DNA of 64,000 nucleotides from Candidatus Omnitrophota bacterium (lineage in GTDB: Bacteria > Omnitrophota > Gorgyraeia > Zapsychrales > Fredricksoniimonadaceae), in assembly GCA_903860135.1 (NCBI GenBank), contig CAIOPG010000007.1:66100-130099 (forward strand), read 5' to 3'. Positions 19,751-30,616 of this stretch are shown here, piece by piece. The translations under genes and the position numbers were made by a program. The notes beneath the pieces were generated by a model, which was not told where the DNA came from, did no database searches, and saw nothing but the letters and a program-made list of their open reading frames with translations. Each line of letters begins with the position of its first letter. The first letter of the stretch is position 1.

Positions 19751-19774
19751 TATTTTATACGTTATGGGGGAAAA

Positions 19775-20968
19775 ATGATTGTTCAGCCGAAGATCAGGGG
19801 ATTTATCTGTACGACAGCGCATCCTGTCGGGTGTGCCCGTCATGTCCAGGAACAGATCGACTATGTTTTACGCAACGGGCCGTTGACCGGTGCGCCCAAG
19901 AGGGTCCTGGTGATCGGGGCTTCTGCGGGTTTTGGCCTTGCCTCGCGCATTGTGGCGGCCTTTGGCGGCGGAGCCGCGACGTACGGAGTTTATTTTGAAC
20001 GCCCTGCCGACGGCAAGCGGACCGCGACGGCTGGCTGGTACAACACGGGTGCGTTTGAGAAAGCGGCCAGGGCCAAGGGGTTGTATGCGGCAAGCATTTG
20101 CGGCGACGCGTTTGCCGATGATACCAAACGCCAGGTGGCTGCGGCGCTCAGGCAGAATATGGGCCAGGTCGATATGGTTGTTTACAGCTTGGCATCGCCG
20201 CGCCGCGTGCATCCGAAGACCGGCGAGACCTTCAAGTCAACGCTCAAGCCGATCCAGGGTGTGTATACCAACAAGTCGATGGATTTTGAAAAGAGCGAGG
20301 TTATTAATGTAACGCTCGAACAGGCGACACCCGAGGATGTGCACCAGACGATCCAGGTCATGGGCGGCGAGGATTGGCAGATGTGGATGGAATTCCTGAA
20401 GACTGAAGGCCTGCTGGCTCCGGGTTGCTTGACGGTGGCGTATTCTTATATCGGGCCTGAAGTTACTCAGCCGATCTACCGTCACGGCACCATCGGCGCG
20501 GCCAAAGATCACTTGGAAAGTACAGCGCATCAGCTTGATAAATTTATGGCCCAGGTGGGCGGCCGGGCACTTGTTTCGGTCAACAAGGCGCTGGTCACGC
20601 AGGCCAGTTCTGCCATTCCTTTTATTTCTCTCTATATTGTTCTTTTGATGAAAGAAATGAAAGCGCGAGGGATCCATGAAGGGTGCATTGAACAGATGGA
20701 CCGTTTGTTCAGGAACCGGCTTTTTAATGGGCGTGCCTTGAAAGACATTCCCGTCGATGACAAAGGCCGTGTGCGTGTTGATGACTGGGAAGTCCGGGCG
20801 GATGTGCAGGATGCCGTTACCGAAGTCTGGAAGAATGTGAGCACGGAGAATGTCTTGCGCAACGGTGATGTAGGCGGTTATAACAAGGAATTCCTCAAGC
20901 TTTTCGGTTTTGGTTTTCCGGATGTTGATTATCAGGCGGATGTCGAGATAGATATCAAGGCAGACTGA
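19775..20968 (+). CDS. fabV: Trans-2-enoyl-CoA / enoyl-ACP reductase
   Basis: RGFICTTAHPVGC, YSLASP, VMGGEDW, YSYIGP and GTIGAAK motifs. Confidence 0.95.
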   Translation: MIVQPKIRGFICTTAHPVGCARHVQEQIDYVLRNGPLTGAPKRVLVIGASAGFGLASRIVAAFGGGAATYGVYFERPADGKRTATAGWYNTGAFEKAARAKGLYAASICGDAFADDTKRQVAAALRQNMGQVDMVVYSLASPRRVHPKTGETFKSTLKPIQGVYTNKSMDFEKSEVINVTLEQATPEDVHQTIQVMGGEDWQMWMEFLKTEGLLAPGCLTVAYSYIGPEVTQPIYRHGTIGAAKDHLESTAHQLDKFMAQVGGRALVSVNKALVTQASSAIPFISLYIVLLMKEMKARGIHEGCIEQMDRLFRNRLFNGRALKDIPVDDKGRVRVDDWEVRADVQDAVTEVWKNVSTENVLRNGDVGGYNKEFLKLFGFGFPDVDYQADVEIDIKAD

Positions 20969-21053
20969 AGCGCGGGTTTTTATTCCGGACAGGGGTGGCC
21001 TGCCGCGATAAAATATAGCATGACGTTCGTTTTGATTCATGGGAGTTGGATCA

Positions 21054-24000
21054 ATGTATTTCAAGAAACTGGAGATTTTCGGTTTTAAATCTTTTGCCGA
21101 AAAAACAATCCTTCATTTTGAGCCAGGGATCACTGCTGTCGTCGGACCTAACGGGTGCGGCAAGAGCAATGTCTTTGATGCCATCCGCTGGGTCCTCGGC
21201 GAGCAAAGCGTAAAGCAGCTGCGCGGCGGTGCCATGGAAGATGTCATTTTTAACGGCACGGACACGAAGCTGGCCCTCGGTTTTGCCGAGGTCAGCGTGA
21301 CCTTTGACAACACCTCAAAGATCCTGCCGGTCCCGCATGACGAAGTTACGGTAACCCGCCGCCTTTTCAGGTCCGGCGAGAGCGAATACCTCATCAATAA
21401 AGAGCCGGTCCGCCTCAAGGATGTTGTCGAGATATTCATGGGGACGGGTGTCGGCGCGGAGTCTTATTCCCTTGTTCAGCAAGGCAAGGTCGATCTTGTT
21501 GTCAGTGCCAGGCCGGATGACCGGCGCGTGCTCTTTGATGAGGCCTCGGGGATCACCAAATACAAGGCCAAGAAGCGTGAGGCCATGGGCAAATTGAAGG
21601 AAACCGACGATAATCTTCTGCGCCTGAACGATATCGTGACGGAGGTCAAGCGCCAGATCACGACGGTAGAACGCCAGGCCCAGAAGGCCCGGCGCTACAA
21701 GGACGAGTTTGAAAAATTAAAAGCCCTTGAACTGGTCCATGCGCGGCATCAGTGTGCCGCTTTCATGCACGAACGTTCCGGGATCCAGGTGCGGGTGGAT
21801 GCCCTCAAGGGCGGTGAAGAAACTGCCCATGGTGAACTCGGAGAATTTCGTGCCATGCTCGACCAGGAGACTTCGGCCCAGGAAGATCTGGAGCAGAATG
21901 TCCGGGAAGCCCGTGAGCGGGACATGAAACTTGAAAATCAGATTGAGCTGGCGATCCGTCAGATCGCTTTCAATGACGAGCGGCTTCAGAATCTTTCCCA
22001 GAATGAGATCCGTGTGGCGGGGCAAAAGGGTTTACTGGCGGATAAAAGCCGCTTGCATCAGGAAAAGATTTCCGAGCTGGAGCGGATGCTGGTTTCATCC
22101 CAGGAGGCTATTGCCGTGGCATCGGGAGAGCTTGAGTTCCGGCGGAGTTCCTTCAGCAGTCTTGTGGCCTTGATCCAGGAACATGAATTGTCCATGCGTG
22201 CGGATGAGGAAAATGCCCGCCGCCTGTCTTCATCTCTGGCGGGTATAAAAGGCGGGCTTGTCGAGATCATGAAGGAACGGGAGGGGTATCTGACCCGCCG
22301 CCGCCGGCTCGATCAGGAGCAGGCCAAGGTGACGTCGGAGCGCACCGAGACCGAGCAAAAACTCAACGGCCTTTCTGAAGGTATCCGCCTCATCATGGGC
22401 AAGCGCCAGGGGATCCTTGACGGGCTGGAGCAGGAAAAAGCTGCGCTGGCCGCTGTCCGTGAAGAACTGGCCGTCGTCGACAAGAGCATCGAAACATTCC
22501 AGCACCGGAGATTATTCCTGGTGTCGCAGAAAGAGTTCATTGAAAAGCTGCACGTTCAGTACCAGGACATGCCCGACCCTGTGATCACGGGCCATTTCTT
22601 TTCCCCGATCCCTCCATCGGAACAGCATACGGGTTTTATCGGTAAACTAAAGTCTGTGACTGCGGTTTCGGCCGAACGTCATGAGGATCTGCGCCGGCAT
22701 CTGGATGGTATGGCGGCGGCAGGCCTTTATGAGATCATTTGCGAGACAAAGTTTGTGGAGCTTGATCCGTTGGCCATTGCGGCTGAAATCACCCGGATCG
22801 ATGCGGTCCTGGGAGAACTGGCCGTGCAACGCGCGGCCAGGCTTTCGGCTATTGCCGGGCATTCCCGCACAACGGAAAGATTTCTCCAGGAAGTGCACGC
22901 CGAAGACAGGCGGTTGTCCGTTTGCGAGGCCCAACAGTCGGATATCGGGGCAGAAGCTGTCAAGCTGGTCAAGGAACTGCAGGCTGTTGCCGACGAGATC
23001 CAGGAGGTTGACGCAGGCCTGGCGCGTTTGGCTGAACGGGATGCCGTCCTGACAGCCGAGGTCGGGTCGCTCGAAGCAGAATTGCGCGCGGCCGAAGCGT
23101 CGGCTCGCGACCGGCAGGAGGCCCTCGCAGGCCAACGTGCGGCGCGCGAAGAGGCGGCCGTGGCCCTTGCTCAGTGCGAGTCCGAGCTTGGCGCGATGCG
23201 CGAACGCGAGAGGTCATGGAAGGCGAACATGAGCGCTTTCTTGGCGGACATGAAAAACTACCAGGAAGAGCTGTTTCGCCTTGATCAGGAGGTTGTTTCT
23301 TTCAGCGAACGCCGACAGCACCTTGAAGCGGATACGGCCAGGCAGGAAGAGCTTTTACTGGCACTCCGGTCCGAGAAAGAGACCTTCAGGGATGCACGCG
23401 TCCGTATTGAGGCCGAGGAGCGAGATCTTTCCCAGCGGCTGAACAGCCTGCGCGCCCAGATCGCGGGTATCGAAAAGGGTTTGGCAGACGGGCGTGACCA
23501 TGCCCATGAGATGTCCATGCGTATCCAGCAACTTGATTTTCAGGAAAAGGCTGTGCGTGAGCGCCTGTCGCAGAAATATGACCTGGAACTTTCTGTTCTT
23601 CCGGTTGCAACGGAGGGAGGGTCGGTCTCGGATCCGCTCGGTGAACCTGATGTTGAGGTGATCCGCCAGGAAATACAGGCCTTGATCAGGCGCTGCGATG
23701 CTTTTGGCGGCGTCAATCTCCTTGCCATTGAAGAGTTTGAGGAACTTAAAGGACGGTTTCAGTTCCTGACCCGTCAGCAGAGCGATCTTCTTGAAGCCAA
23801 AACAGCACTCGAGCAAACCATCCGCAAGATCAACAAGACTACCCGTGAATTGTTCATTGACACTTTTACCAAGGTGAATGCGCAGTTCCGTGAATATTTC
23901 AAGGTCCTCTTTAACGGTGGCGAGGCCCAGCTGGTTCTCCTTGATCCGGAGAATGCGCTCGAGTCTGGCATTGAGATCGTGGCACGGCCGCCAGGCAAGA

Positions 24001-24374
24001 AATTACAGACCATCAGCCTTCTTTCCGGCGGCGAGAAGACCATGACGGCTATTGCGCTTATTTTTGCGGTATTCCGCGTTAACCCGAGCCCTTTCTGCGT
24101 ACTTGACGAGATCGATGCCGCGCTCGATGAAGCCAATGTGGACCGCTTTGCCGCTGTGCTCAAGGAGTTCGCCCAAATTTCCCAGTTCATTGTGATCACG
24201 CACAACAAGAAAACAATGGCGCATGCTAATGTCATGTACGGGGTCACCATGCAACAGCGCGGGATATCGAAGGTTGTTTCTGTCAAGTTTTCGGGGCATC
24301 AGCAGGAAGGTTCCCCGACACTTCAACCCACAGCTTCCCAAGACCCTGTGCCCGAGGAGTTTGCGGGAGTTTGA
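21054..24374 (+). CDS. smc: Chromosome segregation protein SMC (atypical hinge)
   Basis: GFKSF, Walker A GPNGCGKSN, long coiled coils, LSGGEK signature and VLDEIDAALD. Confidence 0.93.
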   Translation: MYFKKLEIFGFKSFAEKTILHFEPGITAVVGPNGCGKSNVFDAIRWVLGEQSVKQLRGGAMEDVIFNGTDTKLALGFAEVSVTFDNTSKILPVPHDEVTVTRRLFRSGESEYLINKEPVRLKDVVEIFMGTGVGAESYSLVQQGKVDLVVSARPDDRRVLFDEASGITKYKAKKREAMGKLKETDDNLLRLNDIVTEVKRQITTVERQAQKARRYKDEFEKLKALELVHARHQCAAFMHERSGIQVRVDALKGGEETAHGELGEFRAMLDQETSAQEDLEQNVREARERDMKLENQIELAIRQIAFNDERLQNLSQNEIRVAGQKGLLADKSRLHQEKISELERMLVSSQEAIAVASGELEFRRSSFSSLVALIQEHELSMRADEENARRLSSSLAGIKGGLVEIMKEREGYLTRRRRLDQEQAKVTSERTETEQKLNGLSEGIRLIMGKRQGILDGLEQEKAALAAVREELAVVDKSIETFQHRRLFLVSQKEFIEKLHVQYQDMPDPVITGHFFSPIPPSEQHTGFIGKLKSVTAVSAERHEDLRRHLDGMAAAGLYEIICETKFVELDPLAIAAEITRIDAVLGELAVQRAARLSAIAGHSRTTERFLQEVHAEDRRLSVCEAQQSDIGAEAVKLVKELQAVADEIQEVDAGLARLAERDAVLTAEVGSLEAELRAAEASARDRQEALAGQRAAREEAAVALAQCESELGAMRERERSWKANMSAFLADMKNYQEELFRLDQEVVSFSERRQHLEADTARQEELLLALRSEKETFRDARVRIEAEERDLSQRLNSLRAQIAGIEKGLADGRDHAHEMSMRIQQLDFQEKAVRERLSQKYDLELSVLPVATEGGSVSDPLGEPDVEVIRQEIQALIRRCDAFGGVNLLAIEEFEELKGRFQFLTRQQSDLLEAKTALEQTIRKINKTTRELFIDTFTKVNAQFREYFKVLFNGGEAQLVLLDPENALESGIEIVARPPGKKLQTISLLSGGEKTMTAIALIFAVFRVNPSPFCVLDEIDAALDEANVDRFAAVLKEFAQISQFIVITHNKKTMAHANVMYGVTMQQRGISKVVSVKFSGHQQEGSPTLQPTASQDPVPEEFAGV

Positions 24375-24400
24375 CACGATTTGAGAATTTGTGTTATACT
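24371..24400 (+). promoter_or_regulatory. Sigma70 promoter upstream of cvpA-dnaG-rpoD
   Basis: TTGACA-N18-TATACT with a TG extended -10. Confidence 0.65.
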
Positions 24401-24457
24401 AAAATTTCTTTTGGGTATGCAGTGTTTTATTAATATACGGAATCTAACGGTGTCTTT

Positions 24458-25024
24458 ATGGAATTTCTGAAGAATTTCAACTGGGTTGATGTCCTTCTCC
24501 TGACGCTGGCGGTGAGGATTGTTTATACTGCTGGCAAGACCGGTTTTATAGTCGAGTTATTGAAAACGCTGGGGGTTCTTTTTACACTTCTGGTCGTGTT
24601 TCATTTTTATTCGACATTGGCCGGCTGGTGCCCGCAGGTGGCGTTTTTCCCTGGGCAATGGCTTCCGGCGGTAGCCTTTGTGGTCCTTTGGCTGGCTGGC
24701 GTGATCTTGTGCCGGCTTATCCGGGAAGGTTTTCTTTTGATGTTTACGGTTCAGTCTATTTCTTTGGTCGATAGTTGGGGTGCTGCCGCTTTATCAGTGG
24801 TAAGATTTCTTCTGATCGGCAGCATGTTGTTATTTCTTTTTTTTGCAACGGGTGTTCCTTATTTGCACCGGGGCGCCCAAGGGGCTTTTGTTGGCAAGCA
24901 TATTTTTCCGGTGGCACCGGACACATATAGTAAGGTGACACGCGGCTTTGTCGCGGCGCTTTTCCCGGCAGAGAAAGTCAACCCGGCGGTAGCTGAAGTT
25001 ATGGCTGCGGCTGTGAAGAAATAG
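24458..25024 (+). CDS. CvpA (colicin V production) family membrane protein
   Basis: NWVD start, GF..E motif, four TM helices, DSWGAA. Confidence 0.75.
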   Translation: MEFLKNFNWVDVLLLTLAVRIVYTAGKTGFIVELLKTLGVLFTLLVVFHFYSTLAGWCPQVAFFPGQWLPAVAFVVLWLAGVILCRLIREGFLLMFTVQSISLVDSWGAAALSVVRFLLIGSMLLFLFFATGVPYLHRGAQGAFVGKHIFPVAPDTYSKVTRGFVAALFPAEKVNPAVAEVMAAAVKK

Positions 25025-25056
25025 GCATTTGCCTGACAGGTTGAGGAGCCGCTGGC

Positions 25057-26841
25057 GTGAGTTTGATCCCGGAAGATATTATCGCACGTGTCCTTGAGCG
25101 GATCGATATCGCCGAGTTGATCGGTACATATACGCCGCTGAAGCGTGCAGGCAAGAATTTCAAGGGGCTTTGCCCTTTTCATCATGAGAAGACGCCGTCT
25201 TTTACCGTGACGCCCGACAAGCAGATCTTTCATTGTTTTGGCTGTGGTGTCGGTGGCAATGCTGTTTCTTTCGTGATGAAACTGGAGCGTCTTGAATTTC
25301 CTGAAGCGGTCCGCTTCTTGGCTGAAAAGGCCGGTATTGATGTCCCCGTCGGTGACCGCGATGGCTCAAGGGATGATACCGTCAGAGAAAAAATATTTGC
25401 GGCACATGCCATTGCCATGGCATACTTTCATCACAATCTCGTAGCGGGCAGGGGGCAGGCTTTTGATGGGGCTCGTGAATATGTTAAGGGCCGTGCGCTT
25501 AATCTCGATGCGATCCGGCAGTTCCAGATCGGGTATGCCAGCGACACTTGGGATGGGCTTATAACCCACTTGCGTGAAAAAGGTTTTGATGCAACGATCA
25601 TTGAAAAGTCCGGGCTTGTGGTGCCGCGTGCGGATAACAAAGGGTATTATGACCGTTTCCGCGGTCGTGTGATGTTCCCGATATTTGATTATCGCGGACG
25701 TCCGGTGGCTTTTGGCGCGCGCGCCATGAAGAACGATGACAAGGTCAAGTATATCAATTCACCCGAAACTCCGATCTATACCAAGGGTCGCCATCTTTAC
25801 GGGTTTAACTGGTCCAAAGAGGCGGCAGGGCGTGAACACCGCGTGATCATCGTGGAAGGGTATCTGGATTTTATCCGTCCTTTCCTGGCCGGGATCGAGA
25901 ATGTGGCGGCGTCGCAGGGGACGGCGCTTACGGTTGATCAGATACGCCTGATCCGGCGCTACACGCATCATGTCACCATGCTTTTTGATATGGATACCGC
26001 CGGGCAGTCGGCGGCATTGCGAAGTCTCGATGTTCTTTTGGAAGAGGAAATGGATGTGCGGGTTGCGGCCTTGGCCGATGGGGAAGACCCTGATTCGTTC
26101 ATCCGTATTTACGGGGCTGATGATTTTCGCCGGAGAGTGGCGCAGGCCAAAAGCCTTTTCGATTTCAAGCTGGAACGCCTTTCGGCGGCATTTGATGTGC
26201 ACACCCCAGAAGGCCGCGGGATGATCTGCCGCGAGATGTTGATCACGCTTGAAAAGATCAGGAATGAAATTGTTAAGAATGATTATTTGAAGCAGTTGGC
26301 CACAAGGCTTAATGTGAGCGAAGATGTCGTGTTGCGCGAGCGGCAAAATATTTTGAGAAAACAGCCTGCTATGCCGGGGCGTATCCAGGAAGAAGCCGTC
26401 AAGCCTGCCATAAGCGCAGTATTTTCCTCTGATGAGGAGTGGCTTCTCCGGTTCGTGATGGCGGATGTTGAGTGGCTGAAAAAAACGAGAGAGCGGCTGG
26501 CTCCCGAAGAGCTTCCCGGGGTGGCGGCGCAAGAGGTGTTAAGGACGGCTTACTGCCTCTTTGATCAGGGGCGTGAGGCGGGACCGGCGGCATTGATCGA
26601 GCAGTTCACGGATGAAGCGCTGCGGCAAAAACTTACGGCCATGGCGTCATCTGCGCCTGAGAGCAGTGATGCGGCGACAGCAATCAAGGCCTTTGACGGT
26701 GGTTTGAAGACCATCAAGGACCGCGCGCGCAAGGTGCGGCGGCAGGCTTTGAGGGGCGTTATCCGTAAGGCCGAACAGCTTCAGGATCATGAAGCACTTC
26801 GACGGGCTCAGGAAGAGTTCAATAAACTTTTGAAAGGATAA
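25057..26841 (+). CDS. dnaG: DNA primase
   Basis: CPFH.EKTPSF and HCFGC zinc finger, [14 protein letters not shown], and Toprim VEGYLD. Confidence 0.97.
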   Translation: MSLIPEDIIARVLERIDIAELIGTYTPLKRAGKNFKGLCPFHHEKTPSFTVTPDKQIFHCFGCGVGGNAVSFVMKLERLEFPEAVRFLAEKAGIDVPVGDRDGSRDDTVREKIFAAHAIAMAYFHHNLVAGRGQAFDGAREYVKGRALNLDAIRQFQIGYASDTWDGLITHLREKGFDATIIEKSGLVVPRADNKGYYDRFRGRVMFPIFDYRGRPVAFGARAMKNDDKVKYINSPETPIYTKGRHLYGFNWSKEAAGREHRVIIVEGYLDFIRPFLAGIENVAASQGTALTVDQIRLIRRYTHHVTMLFDMDTAGQSAALRSLDVLLEEEMDVRVAALADGEDPDSFIRIYGADDFRRRVAQAKSLFDFKLERLSAAFDVHTPEGRGMICREMLITLEKIRNEIVKNDYLKQLATRLNVSEDVVLRERQNILRKQPAMPGRIQEEAVKPAISAVFSSDEEWLLRFVMADVEWLKKTRERLAPEELPGVAAQEVLRTAYCLFDQGREAGPAALIEQFTDEALRQKLTAMASSAPESSDAATAIKAFDGGLKTIKDRARKVRRQALRGVIRKAEQLQDHEALRRAQEEFNKLLKG

Positions 26842-26848
26842 GGTTCGC

Positions 26849-28429
<1,581 letters not shown>

Positions 28430-28434
28430 AATAT

Positions 28435-28474
28435 CAAGGGCATGGTCAAAACACCGACCATGCCCTTGGTGTTT
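28435..28474 (+). terminator. Hairpin / intrinsic terminator after rpoD
   Basis: Perfect 13-bp stem CAAGGGCATGGTC / GACCATGCCCTTG. Confidence 0.65.
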
Positions 28475-28573
28475 ATAATGGCAGGCATGATTTTTGTGTG
28501 GATGATTTGATAATGGGTAACGGAACGGTTTTCAACCGTTCCGTTCATTTCGCTCAGTCCCCTTATATATAAG

Positions 28574-28602
28574 TTGAAAATATTTATCCCTTATGATATC
28601 CT
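28574..28602 (+). promoter_or_regulatory. Probable promoter of the tRNA pair
   Basis: TTGAAA-N17-TATCCT with an extended TG. Confidence 0.45.
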
Positions 28603-28644
28603 CTACATCTCGGATTTTTGAAAATTTTAGGATGATGTGTTTTC

Positions 28645-28718
28645 GGGCCTATAGCTCAGTCGGTTAGAGCAGGAGACTCATAATCTCTTGGTCCCGGGTT
28701 CGAGTCCTGGTGGGCCCA
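28645..28718 (+). tRNA. tRNA with CAT anticodon, most likely tRNA-Ile2 (lysidine-modified)
   Basis: Cloverleaf with GGGCCTA/TGGGCCC acceptor stem, AGCTCAGTCGGTTAGAGC D-arm, CT-CAT-AA loop and GTTCGAGTC. It lacks initiator features and lies after rpoD, like E. coli ileX. CCA is not encoded. Confidence 0.9.
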
Positions 28719-28735
28719 GTAATTTTTGATTTTAT

Positions 28736-28812
28736 GGACGCATAGCTCAGCTGGTTAGAGCGCTGCCCTCACATGGCAGAGGTCGAAGGTTCAAGTCCTT
28801 CTGCGTCCACCA
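28736..28812 (+). tRNA. tRNA-Val (CAC)
   Basis: GGACGCA/TGCGTCC acceptor stem, CTGCC-CT-CAC-AT-GGCAG anticodon arm, GTTCAAGTC, encoded CCA. Confidence 0.95.
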
Positions 28813-28996
28813 ATGTCTTTAAGTGAAGATGTGCAGAAGGACTTGAATTGAGCCCCAGCAGTTTAATCGCGACGAATAGGAGCGATTAATGGGGCGACTG
28901 GCCGACCCGAAGGGCGCCAAGTCCTTCTGCGTCCACCAATGTCTTTAAGTGAAGATGTGCAGAAGGACTTGAATTGAGCCCCAGTAGTTCAATCGC
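28792..28996 (+). repeat. 79-bp direct repeat (28792-28870 and 28918-28996) that includes the tRNA-Val 3' end
   Basis: The two copies differ at 2 positions and are separated by a 47-bp spacer. Each begins caagtccttctgcgtccacca. Confidence 0.92.
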
Positions 28997-29011
28997 ATAG
29001 AAAGGCATATT

Positions 29012-29737
29012 GTGGCAGGCAAGGATGTCAAAGATACGTTAAGGAAGCTCGTAGCCCTTCAGAAGATCGACGCTGAAGTGTACGAATTCAAGCGCTTGAT
29101 CAAGGATCTTCCGGCAGAGCTTGGGCAGGTCAAGGCGCTTTACGAAAAGAAATTGACGCGCTACCGTGAGCTTGAAGCAAAGATATTTGAGTTCGACCGT
29201 GCCCGCAAGGCCAAGGAGCTTGATCTCAAGTCCAAGGAGCAGGACATTGTCAAGGCCAATACGGTGCTGATGACGTTGAAGACGAACAGGGAATATCAGG
29301 CCAAACTTTTTGAAATTGAGAATATGAAGGCCGATCAGTCATTGCTTGAGGATGATATTCTGCGCCTTTTTGATGACACGTCGCGCGTTGCGGCTGAAGT
29401 TGCCAAAGAAAAGGTTGTAGCCGACGCTGAAGAGGCCAAGTATGCGGCCGAGAAGCAGAAGGTTGATGCTCAGCTTAAAGAATTGCATGATAAGGTAGCG
29501 ACGTTCGAGGCACAGCGTTCTGTGGCGTGTGAAGGCATCGACGCAACGACCTTGGCCATGTACGAGCGCCTTGTCGAAAACCGTATGGGTTTGGCCATGG
29601 TTCCGGTTGTCAATGAGGTGTGCGGCGGTTGTTATATGCGTCAGAATTCACAAATGCACAATCGTTTGAAATTGTGTGAAGATATTGTTCGTTGCGAGAC
29701 CTGTGCCAGGATCATATATCTTGAGGCCGAGCTTTGA
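29012..29737 (+). CDS. Coiled-coil protein with C4 zinc ribbon (DUF164 / CT398-like)
   Basis: LQ.ID start, long coiled coil, CGGC...CETC.RII; upstream of rnhA. Confidence 0.88.
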   Translation: MAGKDVKDTLRKLVALQKIDAEVYEFKRLIKDLPAELGQVKALYEKKLTRYRELEAKIFEFDRARKAKELDLKSKEQDIVKANTVLMTLKTNREYQAKLFEIENMKADQSLLEDDILRLFDDTSRVAAEVAKEKVVADAEEAKYAAEKQKVDAQLKELHDKVATFEAQRSVACEGIDATTLAMYERLVENRMGLAMVPVVNEVCGGCYMRQNSQMHNRLKLCEDIVRCETCARIIYLEAEL

Positions 29738-30210
29738 TGGAAGTGTTTGAGATATTTTCGGACGGCGCTTGTAGTGGTAATCCGGGGCCGGCCGGGATCG
29801 GGGTTGTGATCCGCAAAGATGGCGTCAAGGTCCTCGAAGTTTCAGAAGCCATCGGCGAGGCCACCAACAATATTGCGGAGTACCGGGCGTTCATCCGGGG
29901 GTTGCGCGAGGCCAAAGCCATGGGCGCGCGCCATATTCGTCCGCGCACCGACAGCCAGCTGCTCTTTTATCAGCTCAAGGGTGATTATAAGGTCAAACAC
30001 CCGAACATGAAGCCACTGCACGCAGAGGCGATCGCTCTTTTGAAAGGTTTTACGAAAGTGGAATGCAAGGTGGTGCCCCGTGAAGAAAATAGGGACGCCG
30101 ACCTTCTGGCCACATCCGCGCTTAAGGCGAAGGTTTCGCAGAAAGCGGCCATTGACGACCGCCCCGATGTATTCATCATGGGGGAGGAAAGTCCGGGCTC
30201 CCAAGGATAA
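29734..30210 (+). CDS. rnhA: Ribonuclease HI
   Basis: FSDGACSGNPGPAG, TNNIAEY, TDSQL and PREENRDAD motifs. Confidence 0.92.
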   Translation: MMEVFEIFSDGACSGNPGPAGIGVVIRKDGVKVLEVSEAIGEATNNIAEYRAFIRGLREAKAMGARHIRPRTDSQLLFYQLKGDYKVKHPNMKPLHAEAIALLKGFTKVECKVVPREENRDADLLATSALKAKVSQKAAIDDRPDVFIMGEESPGSQG

Positions 30211-30530
30211 CGCATCCGGGTAATGCCGGGGGCATACCGCCTGTATCCGTTCACCGAGGGCATGGCGGCGTGGACGAACAGAGCCACAGAGACGAGCCCC
30301 TTCAGTGGGGAGTGAAACGCGGCATCTCTGCGTGGAGCAAGGCCAAATAAGAGGAGAACTTCCGGCGGGCCGTAAGGTGCGGCGGAGGGCGAGGCGATCC
30401 GCCTTGTTATGATCCTCGGGTAGGCCGCAAGAGTCCCGGGGGCAACTCCGGGAGTGAGTCGGATGGTCGTCCAGCTCCGGTGCCAAAATACCGGAAGGGC
30501 ACAGAACCCGGCTTATGTGACCGCTTTCTG
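30140..30530 (+). ncRNA. rnpB: RNase P RNA
   Basis: GAGGAAAGTCCGGGC at about 30184, GGAGCAAGGCCAAATA, GGGTAGGCCGC, ACAGAACCCGGCTTAT at 30501; P1 pairing GAAAGCGG/CCGCTTTC. Confidence 0.95.
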
Positions 30531-30616
30531 TGCTAATAGCATGCTTTCCGACAAGCCGGGGCATTAACGATATAAATATCTCGTTCAAACAATAGATAGT
30601 CAACAGGAGAAGTTCA

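Noticed and set aside
28645-28718. Initiator tRNA-fMet
   Set aside because: Positions 1 and 72 pair (G-C) and the anticodon stem lacks three consecutive G-C pairs. Elongator Met is not fully excluded.
28792-28996. CRISPR array or second tRNA-Val
   Set aside because: There are only two 79-bp copies and no cas genes; the second copy lacks D and anticodon arms.
29842-30603. 253-aa minus-strand ORF
   Set aside because: It is an antisense shadow of rnhA and RNase P RNA.
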